Both the position numbers and the translations under genes were made by a program. Positions 1-22,894 of a DNA stretch of 64,000 nucleotides are shown in pieces; positions within the stretch are counted from its first letter, which is position 1, and each line of letters opens with the position of its first letter. The notes under the pieces were generated by a model. The model saw nothing but the letters and a program-made list of their open reading frames with translations. It was not told where the DNA came from and did not search any database. Source of the stretch: Octopus vulgaris (lineage: Eukaryota); NCBI GenBank assembly GCA_951406725.2, contig OX597831.1, positions 41,664,001 to 41,728,000 of the forward strand, read 5' to 3'.

Positions 1-16
1 ACACACACACACATAT

Positions 17-745
17 ATGAACTCACAACGTAACGGCAGACAAAATACCTATTTCTTTACTACCCACAAGGGGCTAAACACAGAGGGGACAAACAAAGAC
101 AGACAAACGGATTAAGTCGATTATATCGATCCCAGTGCGTAACTGGTACTTAATTTATCGACCCCGAAAGGATGAAAGGCAAAGTCGACCGCGGCGGAAT
201 TTGAACTCGGAACGTAGCCGCAGACGAAATACCCCTAAGCATTTCGCCCGGCGTGCTAACGATTCTGCCAGCTCGCCGCCCTGAAATACCGCTTAAGCAT
301 TTCGCTCGGCGTGCTAACGTTTCTGCCAGCTCGCCGCCCTGAAATACCGCTTAAGCATTTCACCCGGCGTGCTAACGTTTCTGCCAGCTCGCCGCCCTGA
401 AATACCGCTTAAGCATTTCGCCTGGCGTGCTAACGTTTCTGCCAGCTCGCCGCCCTGAAATACCGCTTAAGCATTTCACCCGGCGTGCTAACGTTTCTGC
501 CAGCTCGCCGCCCTGAAATACCGCTTAAGCATTTCACCCGACGAGCTAACGTTTCTGCCAGCTCGCCGCCCTGAAATACCGCTTAAGCATTTCACCCGGC
601 GAGCTAACGTTTCTGCCAGCTCGCCGCCCTGAAATACCGCTTAAGCATTTCGCTCGGCGTGCTAACGTTTCTGCCAGCTCGCCGCCCTGAAATACCGCTT
701 AAGCATTTCACCCGGCGTGCTAACGTTTCTGCCAGCTCGCCGCCT
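17..745 (-). mobile_element. tRNA-derived SINE (family 1) with a 58-bp head tandemly repeated about 9 times (226-745)
   Basis: Core gcctttcatcctttcggggtcgataaattaagtaccag (Nin/Deu-domain-like) and B-box-like gagttcaaattcc on the minus strand. The ctgaaatacc unit recurs at 281, 339, 397 ... 687. Confidence 0.85.
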
Positions 746-1332
746 TTTTATACACACCTATTAATTATATTACGGCCGTCAGCCGAAGAAGCCACACTTG
801 ACTTCAGCTCTGTATTTTGTTTTCGAAACTCGTCAGTTTTTTCCCCGGAAAATAGCGGTGTTTTCCTGTCATTTTCAACCAGGGTGGAGGATAAGGCGTC
901 TTTCTGCTAGGGAGTTTCTTTTTCGTTAAAAGTCCCTCTATTTCTTGTGGGACTTATCAAATTTATTCCATTTTCTATTCCACGAGGAAAAATATTTTAG
1001 AATTTTACTCAATGGCAGCAACAAATAGTTTCGGGAAAGTTTCCAACGTCGATGAGAGAGGGATAGAGAGAGAGAGACAGAGGAGTGTCTTGCCATAAAA
1101 ATTAGAGCAAATGATGGTTCTTCGCCTGTTGACATGACTACTGTTAGACAAGCGAACAAGATGATCGTCTCATTCACAAACAACTGTGACACCACCGCCA
1201 CGACCACTACGAACAACAACAACAACCACAGCAACAGTAGCAACAAAATAATAACAAGAGCAACAACAGCAACAACAGCAGCAGCAGTAAAGCTTTGACG
1301 GTAAAGAAAAGTAAACAGCACAGCTACAATAT

Positions 1333-2445
1333 TGTTACGCCGCCATTCAGGACCCTAGGCCTTCCGATTCCACCACGGGGCCCTAAGTCGCGACGACGAC
1401 GCTCAATAAACCGGAAATGCACCACGGGAAGTGGGGAAGGCGGCGAACGCAGCCAGGAAACAACACAACGACAACAAAAGAAAGAGACACAGCGGAAGTT
1501 GCATAATTTAGCAATTTTTTTTTTTTCAAAACAAAATCAAAGCATTCCAAAACAAAGGTTGACAAATCATGTTCAGAGTTCGAAAAACAATCATTTGCAT
1601 TTAAACATAATTTCAGAGTTCGAAAAAAACAAATCATTCAACATTTGACTCAATACAGTTCGGTCTTTTCAAGACAAATCATTTTACATTTAACACAAAT
1701 TTCAAAACCAACAGTCTCTTAGAGCTCCAATTTCCCCCTTTTTTTTTTACACGACAGTTCTCAAAAAAGGGCTCCTTCTCCTTTTAAAAACATTTCCAAG
1801 TTCTCTTTTTTTCTTCCTTTTCTTTTCTTTTAAAAACAGCCAACAACGCGCCTTTTTCCCTCTTTTCTTTCTCTTTCTTTTTTTTACATCTAAACATCGA
1901 AATTAAAAACACAAATAAAAAACATTACCGCAAGTTCCGCGCCTGCAACACTCCCTGAACATCACAAAACTCCCATTATAACAGTCCGGCTTCTTTATGT
2001 CTCTCTCTGCCCCTTCACTGTCATCTTTCTTACTACCTCTCGTTGTCATCTCTTACACTCACTGTCTGTCTCTCTCTAGACCACGCCGCCCTTTGTCCAG
2101 TGGACGCTCACACTGACCGTCTCTCGCCGACTCCACCATCTCGAACTCACTCTCTTGTCCGCTCCGCTCACACTGACCCTCTCACGGTTTCTCGCTGACT
2201 GACCCAACTAACTTAATGCTAGCAGTATTTATAACGTTGTCCCAGCAGTTTTAATTTTTTAAAACTTTCCGTGACCGTGTGGGGACCATAGTTCACTGCC
2301 TACGACCATTAATAATCGTGGTCTTTGACAGGATAAAGGAAATATCATTGTCCTGAACAACTGGAGCGCCGGTTCGGTTCCAACTAATGGAACAAGGGGC
2401 ATAATGTTTTTCTTTGTTCGTTTACTTTTCCTTGCCTCCGTAACA
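1333..2445. mobile_element. Probable solo LTR (1113 bp)
   Basis: Termini TGTTACG...CGTAACA (7-bp inverted repeat, TG..CA) flanked by a 4-bp ATAT target duplication (1329-1332, 2446-2449). Confidence 0.7.
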
Positions 2446-2461
2446 ATATAAATGATTTCCT

Positions 2462-2860
2462 AGGCGGCGAGCTGGCAGAAACGTTAGCACGCCGGGAGAA
2501 ATGCCTAACAGTATTTCGTCTGCCGCTACGTTCTGAGTTCAAATACCGCCGAGCTCGACTTTGCTTTTCATCCTTTCGGGTTCGATTAAATAAGTACCAG
2601 TTACGCACTGGGGTCGATGTAATCGACTTAATCTGTTTGTCTGTCCTTTTTTGTTCTCTCTGTGTTTAGCCCCTTGTGGGTAGTAAAGAAATAGGTATTT
2701 CGTCTGCTGTTACGTTCTGAGTTCAAATTCCACCAAGGTCGACTTTGCCTTCCATCCTTTCGGGGTCGATAAATTAAGTATCAGTTGCATACTGGAGTCG
2801 ATGTAATCGACTGGCTTCCTCTCCCAAAAGTTCGGGCCTTGTGCCTGGAGCAGAAAAGAA
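2462..2860 (+). mobile_element. SINE family 1, dimeric copy
   Basis: ggcggcgagctggcagaaacgttagcacg head plus two cores. Confidence 0.85.
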
Positions 2861-2861
2861 T

Positions 2862-3280
2862 AGGTGTGTATAAGGGCGTGATTGTGCCGACAATATTATA
2901 TGGTGCAGTGACGAGGCGGGTAAGAGAGGCAAAAAGGAGGCAACTAGATGTGTTTGAGATGTTTGAGGACTCTGGTTGGTGTGATATGGATGGACAGAAT
3001 GAGGAAATAGGACGTGCGAAGGCGAGCAGGAATGAGAGTAAAATTATAACCAAAATGGATTGACGAATCTTGAGGTGGTTTGGCCACATGGAGAGGATGG
3101 ATGAGGAGTGGATGGTAAGGAGGGTGATGAAGGCAGAAGTAATAGGCAACAGAATCAGAGGCAGACCTCGGTTGGTGTGGATGGATGGAGTGAGGAAAGC
3201 TTTGGTGGTTAGAAGTGTTGGAGTGAGAGAGGCAAGAGAGTTTATAAATGAAAGGAAATATTGGAGAGTGTTTGTAGGCT
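2862..3280 (+). mobile_element. RTE-type LINE 3' fragment
   Basis: YKGVIVPTILYG, LDVFEM, RWFGHMERMDEE..VRRVM, RGRPRLVWMDGV; interrupted frames. Confidence 0.8.
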
Positions 3281-3699
3281 ACTCGACCTGAAGAAAATTC
3301 TAACTAGGCCCCACCCGCAAGGTCATGCACTGTTTATCTTGATATGAGATCATCATGTCGCATACATATGGTTGTGTTGCATGTGCCTGGTGTACCCTTA
3401 TCAGATGGGTAGTCATGATGATATATTGGGCTTCGTATAATTGTACCCCAGCGACACTTTGGTGGCATGCATTGCTCTCTCACTCAATAATAATAATAAT
3501 AGTTTCTCTTATTGGCCACAAGAGCCCAAGACATGGAGGACAAGATCGAAGGACGGGTTACAGCACACAAAACCAAAAACAGGTGGGATTTACATCGATC
3601 AAAGGGAGATACTACTACATTAAGGGATGCAACAGAATATATAATAGAGAAATAAATAATAAAATATAATAATCAGAATCCCCAATAACGAGGCAGTTC

Positions 3700-4950
3700 A
3701 CTTAGGGAAATTCGGGGTAAAATCCACAAAAAAATCCCAGATTACTCTGCCATCTCCAAGGCGTGAAGAAATACCCTCTTCCTGTTTCTTCCCTCCTGCT
3801 TAGAAAAACATACTCAAAGTTAATCCATTCAGTCTCACCAGTCCAGCCACTTTTGACTACTTTTTCATAAACAAACTAGAAGGCAGCACCTCCCTCTCTA
3901 GCCTCACCTTCTTCTCCAAATGATAGTTGAAGAAATTGATGAGGGCTTGGCCAGATACGAAAATGCCTGTCTTCAAACCTTTCAGACGGGTCCACCACTT
4001 GGCTTATTTTGCGACAGCCACTAAGCAGAGAAAAATATGCATCCCTTCTCTCCCAAGGGAAGGTGGTGCGTCGATCTTCACTATACAATCGAAAGACAGC
4101 TAACTTTGTCTTACACGCGAGAACAGCTGCTCCACGCAATCCCACAACTCTCTAATGCACGGACACTGAATTATTGCATGCAGGACGGTTTCGTCCCACC
4201 AGTAAACATCTCGGGCAGGTTCGGATGTTGGCTCTTCCATGATTGAAGAGCTTGTCTCGACAAGGCAATGCTCCCCTGTAACCCTGCCATGCCAAAAACT
4301 TTTGGAAATTGTCCATGATTTTCGACCCGAAGGTCCTCTAGAAGTGACTACTCAAACTGTTCTCATCAATGCCTAGATTAGGTTCTAGGTCATCATCGCT
4401 CATATCTTCAACTAGCTCCCTATAGAAATCTAGGCTTGTTTTCTCGCTAATGGTTTAACGCAGCTGGTACAATGCAGTGAGCTCCTAGCAACATTCTGGA
4501 TGCCAGACGCCCAACCTTGGTCTGCGTTTGACCCATGACTGCAGCTATGTCAATGAGATGAGCTGCGGAAAGATGTGTCGCACGAAGGACTTCCACACCA
4601 GTTCACTCTTATTTTCGTCGCCGTCGTTCACACCATCGCAGTGATTTAGATATTTCTGTAGGAGCAATAGCCTCAAAGCGTGGCTCTGCATTATCAAGGA
4701 TGGCATCCCAAGACCATTATGGTGTAGGTGTTGACAACAGAGGGATTTTCTGACTAGCGGAACATGACTCTCCCACAAGAATCGGACAAGCAAGCGCTCC
4801 AATCTGATTAGAGAGTTTTCTTAGGACAAGATAAGACGGCTAGGCGGTAGTAAACCACCGAAGCGATATATGCATTCGCTGCTTCCGCCTAGCCTTTCAG
4901 AGACAGCTTCCTTCCGAACTGAACTCCGAGCACTTTCACCGAACTCTCCG
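3700..4950 (-). mobile_element. Tx1/L1-clade LINE fragment, degraded
   Basis: ERLLVRFLW..PLVRKSLCCQ..GLGMPSL resembles the 43948-44259 segment of the longer Tx1-like element. Confidence 0.7.
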
Positions 4951-4957
4951 TCTAGCG

Positions 4958-5021
<64 letters not shown>

Positions 5022-5022
<1 letters not shown>

Positions 5023-5550
5023 TCTCATGGCTTCTGATCTTAACTGATTGGAAGTGTTATCATGTACATTGTTTTGTCTTGGTATAAAAGATGGGCTACA
5101 GCAAATATTCTGCTCAATACCACAGATTTGCTTGTCAGTTGTTTGACCTTAACCAGTTGAGCATGTCCCTTAGTGGCTGGCGATATGTGCATCTCTGATC
5201 ACGAGCAGAAGTAGTGGGGGAGCATCATAGCCATGTGTTGAGAAGGATTCTTTGGGGTTTGAATAATTCACCTCTGAAAACATGGGTGTTTCGTTCAACG
5301 TCCTTAAACAACCCTTATTCAGGGACCTTTTGAGCGGGATGGGTTACTCGATCTGAAGAAAATTCTAACTGGGCTCCACCTGCAAGATCATGTGCTGTTT
5401 ATCTTGATATGAGATCACCATGTCGCGCACATATGGTTGTGATGCATGTGCCTGGTGTACCCTTATCAGACGGGTAGTCATGATGGGTATACTGGGCTTC
5501 GTATATTTTACCCCAGTGTCACTTTGATGGCATGCTCTGCTCGCTCACTC

Positions 5551-5552
<2 letters not shown>
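5022..5552. repeat. Interspersed repeat bounded by (AAT)n; its 3' ~200 bp recurs at 3281-3485
   Basis: actcga(c/t)ctgaagaaaattctaact...ctcactcaataataat is present at both sites. Confidence 0.75.
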
Positions 5553-5591
<39 letters not shown>

Positions 5592-5991
5592 CAACAACAA
5601 CAATAATAATACTAGTAGTTAGTCCTCATCAACACCTAGCGTTTCCTCAAGAACACCCACCATTAGATGAACTTCCTTCAAATGTACTGGTGCACTGACG
5701 TCACTGTTTGTATGTTAAGTTGCATTTGGTGCAGTTGCTGTTACTCTTATTTCTTTTGGTGTTTTAGTTGTTGTTGGGTTTGTGTGCTTTCCTGTTATTG
5801 TTACTATATATACCAAATAAACTTGCTGCAATGATATTAAATTACACCAAAATGTTTCTCACTAATGTTTTCTCATTTATTATTCAAAAGGTATCTAAGT
5901 TGCTGGAGACAGGAAAACAACCGACAAGAATCAGTGGAGGATTTACCTGGAGTATTTACCTGGAGCATTTACCTGGAGGATTTACCTGGAG

Positions 5992-15406
<9,415 letters not shown>

Positions 15407-15839
15407 GAAACATTGATGGAAGAGCTGTGATTGTTGTCATCAACATGGTCAATATCAGTTGTATCACTATTGACAGATTCCACAACACTGAAGACAGCGG
15501 CGGATTGATAGAATAAGTAGAGTACAGGAGAAAATGGTTTCCAGGCGGAACTCTCCTCCCTGTTCTGAGTTCAAATACTGCTATGACTGACTTTGCTTTC
15601 CATTCTTAGGGTGTCGGTAAAATAGCAAACAATCAAATCCCGAGATCAACCAAATGGAAATTTCGTGATATTATGCCACTCATAGAAATTAAATTAAGCA
15701 TCATAATATTCATTATATATATATATATATACATATTAGAGGGAAACCACTATGTGGTCACTCTTATGCTAGAAATAGATCCGCTATGGTCTTACCACTA
15801 AGAAATGTTCTCAAGAAAAATTTAGCAAAACAACCAAGC

Positions 15840-16095
15840 GACGGGGACGTAAACACACCAGCATCGGTTGTCAAGCAATGCTAGGGGGACAAACACAGAC
15901 ATACACAGACACACATACACACACACATACATATACATATACATATATACGACAGGATTCTTTCAGTTTCCGTCTACCAAATCCACTCACAAGGCTTTAG
16001 TCGGCCCGGGGCTATAGCAGAAGACACTTGCCCAAGATGCCACGCAGTGGGACTGAACCCGGAACCATGTGGTTGGTGGTTAGCAAGCTACTTAT
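15840..16095 (-). mobile_element. SINE family 2 (tRNA head with ccttgggcaagt core). Other copies or parts at 6425-6605, 12675-12862, 25895-26432, 32230-32742, 52524-52866, 53175-53285, 63875-64000
   Basis: Shared ggcgcaggagtggctgtgtggtaag...gggttcagtccc head and accgatgctggtgtgtttacgtccccgtaacttagcgg tail. Confidence 0.8.
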
Positions 16096-16109
16096 CACAC
16101 AGCCACTCC

Positions 16110-16115
16110 TGCGCC

Positions 16116-16158
<43 letters not shown>

Positions 16159-16316
16159 ATAAATATTAGGGAATAAATCCAAATTTACAGGAAAAAAATC
16201 AGATTTAGGATTAAATCCAATTTTATAGTAAAATATTATATAATATTAATTAGAGACAGAACCACTATTTTGCAAAACAAACAAGGAAAGAATTAATCAA
16301 TACATAAAATTTTAAT

Positions 16317-16382
<66 letters not shown>

Positions 16383-16507
16383 ATATATTATATATATATA
16401 TAATATATATACAATATATATTATATATATTATATATATTATATAAAATATATTATAAATATATAATATATATAATATATATTATATATATTTAATATAT
16501 ATTATAA

Positions 16508-16556
<49 letters not shown>

Positions 16557-16680
16557 ATATAATATATAATATATATCATATATTATATAATATATATTAT
16601 ACATATATATATATATTATATATATAATATATGTATAATATATATTATATATATATATCATGTATATTGTATATATATAT
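16110..16680. repeat. (TA)n-rich microsatellite tract, representative of many: 18450-18810 TA, 24374-24581 TTA/AAT, 29670-29790 and 30300-30590 TATC, 49040-49490 TATC/TGTC, 51715-52140 TA/TGTA, numerous (CA)n
   Basis: Directly visible simple repeats. Confidence 0.97.
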
Positions 16681-17303
16681 ATTATCTACCTATATGAAAA
16701 AGGAAGAAACTTGGACCCTTTGGCTTTAGTAAGGATTCAATGGCACTAGACGTGCTAGGATCGAGCTGAAAATTGGCAGTGATACTAAATGCGTAGTGAG
16801 GATGCGACCCCTGATGGCTAAGATTCGCAAGCTATAAAGATGTGGTTGCTATGGCAAAAAGAGTGATTAAAAAAAAAAATATTTCAGCATTCAGAAATAG
16901 ATACGTTGTAAGGGGAACAACTCAGTAGTTTTAATGATTACATTTACATGTAACGACTGTACATATATATGAAGATTATTTATCTGTTGCGAAATAATAT
17001 GTGCGTGTGCATGCGTGTGTGCATGCGTGCGTGCGTGTGTGCGTGAGTGTGTGCGTGTGTGAGTGTGTATATATATATGTGTGTGTGTGCGCGCGCGTGC
17101 ATACAAGCGCGAGAGTTGGCTGTTAATTCAATCGAACATAAAGAAATCAAAAAAAGTAGTTAAAAAAGCAATAAATAATTTTAAGAATAATTTCACCAAA
17201 CCTGATAGTATAAAAGGTAGCAAAGCATGATAAAAGATAATAAGAGTAGAAATTAATATTATTTTTAGCATATAAGGGATCCACTGAGTGGTCTCTCCTC
17301 TTG

Positions 17304-17660
17304 TCTAAATATATAAAGCTGAAGTTGTCTGTGTGTGGCAGGTTTGGTAGCCTTCAACTAACACTATCTCCTCCGAGACCCTGCGGCGCAAGTTGACCAA
17401 AATTGAGAGTATGATAGAAGAAGGCTTGCTCTTCCTTCCGTAGAAGAAAAAAAATCAAATCACACCATGTTAAGACCAAAAATTATTTACATAAAAAAGG
17501 TGCTTTTTTTTTCTATTAAAACCCCTATTTTTCACGAGTTTTTGACTGCTGTTCACTTGCAGAGAATAACAAACCACATAATGCAAAATTTTTACTTTTC
17601 AAAAATTCCAATTCTAAAGGGTCGAAACAAACCTGAGCTACGCCGGGCGATACTGCTAAT
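17304..17660 (+). mobile_element. Non-autonomous Helitron-like element; second copy at 36603-36990 (minus)
   Basis: 5' TC..atataaagctgaag start, subterminal GC-rich hairpin and 3' CTAG|T (intact in the 36603 copy). The two copies are highly similar. Confidence 0.7.
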
Positions 17661-17799
17661 ATATATATATAATGTATATATTATATATATTTGTTATATT
17701 TTTTAAATTTTTTATTTTATTTAGTTTCAGCTCACAAGCTGTGGCCATGCTGGGGCACCGCCATTTGGTGTTGCTACATGATTTTACTTCACGAATGCT

Positions 17800-18450
17800 T
17801 TTTAGCAAATGCCATCTGGTGCATGAGAGAGTTCGATGCAGCTGCCCTCATCTACACCTCCTGCCGTGAAGTTGGTTCATCTGGGACACCTGACAAGAAG
17901 AGATCCAGTTTCATTTTAAAGACATCTGCATCCACCCCATGCAGGTCTCTTAGGTTCTTCGGGAGGATATTGAAGAGCTGTGGGCCTCGGAAGCCCAGGC
18001 TATCACAGTATCTTGTCCTACATCTTGATGGCAAATTTGGAGTCCTTGGTACTATGCAGTGGCGCCCAGTTCTGGCATTTGTGTAACTCTCGATGCCAAA
18101 GCTTGGGACAAGTCCTTCTAGGATCTTCCAGATGTATATTATGGCATATCTTTCTCACCTACGCTCTAAGGAATAGAGTCTCAATCTCTTGAGTCTTTCC
18201 CAATAGCTTATATGCTGCACAGAGGCTACTCTTCTTCGTGTAGCTTCGTTGGATCGCCTCAAGTTCTGTGATTAACTTGACACTGGATGGTGACCATAGC
18301 TGAGAGCAATAGTCAAAGTGGCTTAGGACAAGTGTCCTCCAGAGGACCATCATGGTTTCCTGGTCTCTTGTTCTAAAGGTTCTAAGAATCCATCCGGTCA
18401 GCCGCCTACATTTCATTGCCAATTTAGCAATATGCACATGAAAGGTTGCA
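17800..18450 (-). mobile_element. CR1/L2-type LINE 3' fragment
   Basis: LWRTLVLSHFDYCSQLWSP..LEAIQRSYTK and GPQLFNILPKNLR..FKMKLDLFL. Confidence 0.8.
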
Positions 18451-18541
18451 TGTATATATATATATTATATACATATTATATATATATTGTATATTATATA
18501 TATACAATATATATATAATATGTATATAATATATATATACA

Positions 18542-18786
<245 letters not shown>

Positions 18787-18829
18787 TATATATATATAAT
18801 ATATATATAATATATTCTATGAAGGTTCA

Positions 18830-19847
18830 ATCTAAGGACAGTTGGCTGTGACCTACTTTTGGGATAAACCCATTGTCCTGTCAGATTCAGGTGGATTGAT
18901 CGGTTCTAGTTGGACCTGCAACCCCTTTCGGATGAACTAGAGGTCGTTCTAAACACCCATTGAAGAAGAGGAAGATAGAGAGAATATTGGCAGTGGAAAG
19001 ACAGAGTAAGGGATCTGAGAGCTGTCATGAGAGATTGAGAGCAGCAGCGCCGATAGAGATAGGGACATAGGACCAGGCGGGATAGAGAGAGTATAAGGCT
19101 AAGAGACAGATTGAGGGTAGTTATAAAGGACAGTCGGATTTTGGAAGTCAAGGCAAGCGGTTGGGATTCAGGAGCTTGGCAAGTTGGAGTTAGTGGTACT
19201 GAGAGAGATGAAGTGCAATATGGGACACTGGCTATTCTAATTAGGAATTAAGGTACGTGAATTGCGTATTGATATGTGTAGAAAAAGAAGGACAAGGAAT
19301 CGAAATGAACAGTGAAAAGAAATGAGACTGTGAAAAGAACATTGTGAATTGAGTATAGGACTTGTCGATGTGTCGATTATCGAGTTGTGGTATTTATGTT
19401 CAGAATTGTGTTGATACATGTTACAAAAGAAAATAGAATAAGACTTTAAAGAACTGTGAACGTTATTTGTTGATGTGTTTTGAAACAGAACTGTGTCTTC
19501 GGACGTGTACCTTTGAAATGCTGATGTACTGACCTGGATGTGTTGTATACCTGTATTGATTTGTTGTTTCCTTTAAATGCTTTGATCTGTTGTATGATGT
19601 ATTGAGTTGTCACGTGCATGTCCTCCTTTAAATGTATCTGAAATGTATTTGATGTGTAACAATTGATTGTCATATAAACTAGTGTTAAATGTAAGCCAGT
19701 TGTGCCTTGCCTCTTTGTGTCTCTCTCGGTTGCCTCTGTGTCTTCTTCTTGCTGCTGCTGCTGTTGTTGTTGTTGTATCTCTCCTCTCTCTGGGTTCCGT
19801 GGCGAACTTGCCCGTTCGGGCGAGCGGCGACGGGTGATTCCGTAACA
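18830..19847 (-). mobile_element. Unclassified repeat with an LTR-like TGTTACG terminus at 19847
   Basis: Same 7-bp terminus and ATAT flank as the 1333-2445 element; the other end was not identified. Confidence 0.4.
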
Positions 19848-19868
19848 ATATATTTAATATATATATGT

Positions 19869-19992
<124 letters not shown>

Positions 19993-20319
19993 GATATATA
20001 ATATACATATTATATTATATATAAATAGATGAGTGTATTTTTCCCTTGTTAACAATTAACATAGAAAAAATAGATAAATAGTTACCAGGGTAGTAAAGAA
20101 TCACACAAGCAAAGAGGTTGTTACTCCTTGTTTTTAAAGGTAGAAACTTCGGGTTTACGTGGAATTTTTTGTATAATATATAAATAAATAAATGGAGTTT
20201 ACCGCAAGTATAATTCAAATACTTTTATTTCCGACACATATTTCGAAGATTTCACTGATATTATTCCAAAGGAATAAGTGGTGTAAAACAATGTAATCGT
20301 CTCTTCAGGGAAGTGAAGA

Positions 20320-21170
20320 GATGAAACATTTTGATGTTTGCCTCTAACGAAGGTCTTCAACAACTGGAAATTACCTCATTTTTAGGAATGGATGGTACAT
20401 TCAAATCATCACCAAGTGCATGGTATCAGCTTTTCATCATTCATGCTATCATAAATGGTAGAACTTATCCTCGAGCTTTCATTCTACTGCCGGACAAAAC
20501 ACAAGCAACATATGACAAAATTTCTTGAAATAAAAAAAAAAATTGCGGACCAATATTAAGCCGCGTCAAGTATTGATTGACTTTGAACTGGCAATTTGTA
20601 ACAGCTGTGACCATAACTTTACTGGAAGCACCAGCGTAGGTTGTTTATTTAATTTTTGCCAGACAGTTTATAGGATGTTATGCCAACTCGGATATAAACT
20701 TCAATATTGTACTGATGCTTCTTCTGCCACTAAAATAAAAATGTTCTGCGCACTGGCATTTTTACCACCAGAAGAAGTAATTGATACTTATGAAGATCTC
20801 TGTGAGGACGAATCAATTCCAATAGATTTTATAAGCTATTTCGAGCTGACATACATTGGACCAAAGAGAGGAAGACGTGGCAGACGAGAAGAGCCCTTGT
20901 ATCCAGTGAATTTTTGGAATGATTACAGTCGAGTAATTCAGGAATTGCCTCGGACAAGCAATGCTATTGAGGGGTTTCACCCACAATTGCTCACATCAAT
21001 AACCAGTAAGCACCGAAACATCTGGAAGCTTATTGATGCTCTTTGAAACGAAGAATCCCTTACACAGACCAAAATAATTCATGCACAAAGAAGAGATAAT
21101 CATCAGAAAAATAGAAAATAGCAGACAATAGATACGCGGATAAAAAATCATGTACAATCTTATGATAGGT
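20320..21170 (+). mobile_element. MULE/Mutator transposase fragment (frameshifted)
   Basis: MDGTFKSSP..YQLFIIHA, LLPDKTQATY, IDFELAI, GCLFNFCQTVYR, ALAFLP, PRTSNAIEGFH. Confidence 0.9.
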
Positions 21171-21439
21171 AACGATAAATTAACTTTCCTAAAGGCAATT
21201 ACTCATTCATTAAATTCTTCGGTTTAATTTTCAGGGACAGAATGTTCTCAGGCCTATTTTCCTATTTTTTTGTTTAATATGTTTGATAAAAGGAAATATC
21301 ATATATGTATGTTTTGATGGTTTAAACGTGAGTTACCGATATTCTTCTGCTGGTTTATACATGTGATTTTTGTATTTTTTATTAATAAAATTATTATTCT
21401 ATTTTGTTTTTTATTTATACTGATTTAATTAAATCAATG

Positions 21440-22068
21440 GGCCAGTCAATTAGATTGACGCCAGTACGCAACTGGTACTTAATTTATCGACCCCGAGAGG
21501 ATGAAAGGCAAAGTCGCCTTCGGTGGAATTTGAACTCAGAAAGTAAAGATAGACGAAATACCGCTAAGTATTTCGCCCGGCGTGCTAACGTTTCTTATTT
21601 CTTTACTGCCCACAAGGGGCTACACACAGAGGGGAAAACCAAGGACAGAAAACGGACTAAGCCGATTACGCACTGGTGCGTAACTGGTACTTATTTAATC
21701 GACCCCGAAAGGATGAAAGGCAAAGTCGACCTCGGCGGAATTTGTAAGGCAAAGTCGACTTCGGCGGAATTTGAACTCAGAACGTAGCGACGGGCAAAAT
21801 ATCACTAAGCATTTTGCCCGGCGTGCTAACGATTCTTATTTCTTTATTGCCCTCAAGGGGCTAAACATAGAGGGGACAAACAAGAACAGACATAGGGATT
21901 AAGTCGATTACATCGATCCCAGTGCGTAACTGGTACTTAATTTATCGACCCCGAAAGGATGAAAGGCAAAGTTGACCTCGGCGGAATTTGAACTCACAAC
22001 GTAACGAAATACCGGCAGACGAAATACCGCTAGGCATTTCGCCCGGCGTGCTAACGATTCTGCCAGCT
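21440..22068 (-). mobile_element. Cluster of SINE family 1 copies. Further copies at 27065-27462, 29790-30207, 31690-32084, 38745-38970, 50083-50660, 57670-57890
   Basis: Repeated core and head sequences. Confidence 0.85.
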
Positions 22069-22894
22069 CACAGCTCTTGAAAATAATAAAACGTCTCACA
22101 GTTCTTGAAAATTATAAAACATCTCACAGTTCTTGAAAATAATAAAACGTAAAGGTCATGGGTCTTAGAAATAAAGGAAGACTTGAGCTGATAATGCATT
22201 TCGACTACAAATAAGGTGATGATCTTGGGTGGAACAGTTCTCATTATAGGGTCACTTGATCTTGGCTGACATAGAGCAAATATTCAGTGTTAATTGCTAA
22301 ACGGCGTGTTCTGAATTTGTTGTTAAGGTTTTAAATGTAATTGTTAAATACATTTTCATGAAACGTAAAAGTGGGAAATTGTCAGAGATTAGACGTAGGT
22401 GGCAACTATGTGACGCATATGTCATTACCAAACGGTTTTATCAGCAGTAAGTGAAATAAAATATCATTAAAGATAAAATCTATCGCTTTCGTTTCAAATA
22501 TACATACATAGATACATACATCCATATACATTTAGGCAAATATATATACATATATACATATTCATACTTACATACATACATACATTTGCACATACACAGA
22601 TATAAGCATACGCAAATACAAATCTTCGTACAGATAAAGCACATATTGAAATAACTGTTCTCACTTCACACAGATAACCTCTACCTATACATCCCACTAC
22701 ACACACATACACACACATTAGGGAATACAGGCTTTTCTAAATGTGTTTGCACTTATATTTGTGCGCTTTCCATACTACAGATGTCATATATAGTAAACAA
22801 ACGACATTAAATATCTCTGTTTTGCAAATAGACGCAGCTTATTCATTATAAATACATACATATGATGTGTTTGCGAGCACACACACATATATTA

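Noticed and set aside
226-745. Possible CRISPR or tRNA array
   Set aside because: Head-to-tail copies of a SINE fragment with no spacers and no complete cloverleaf.
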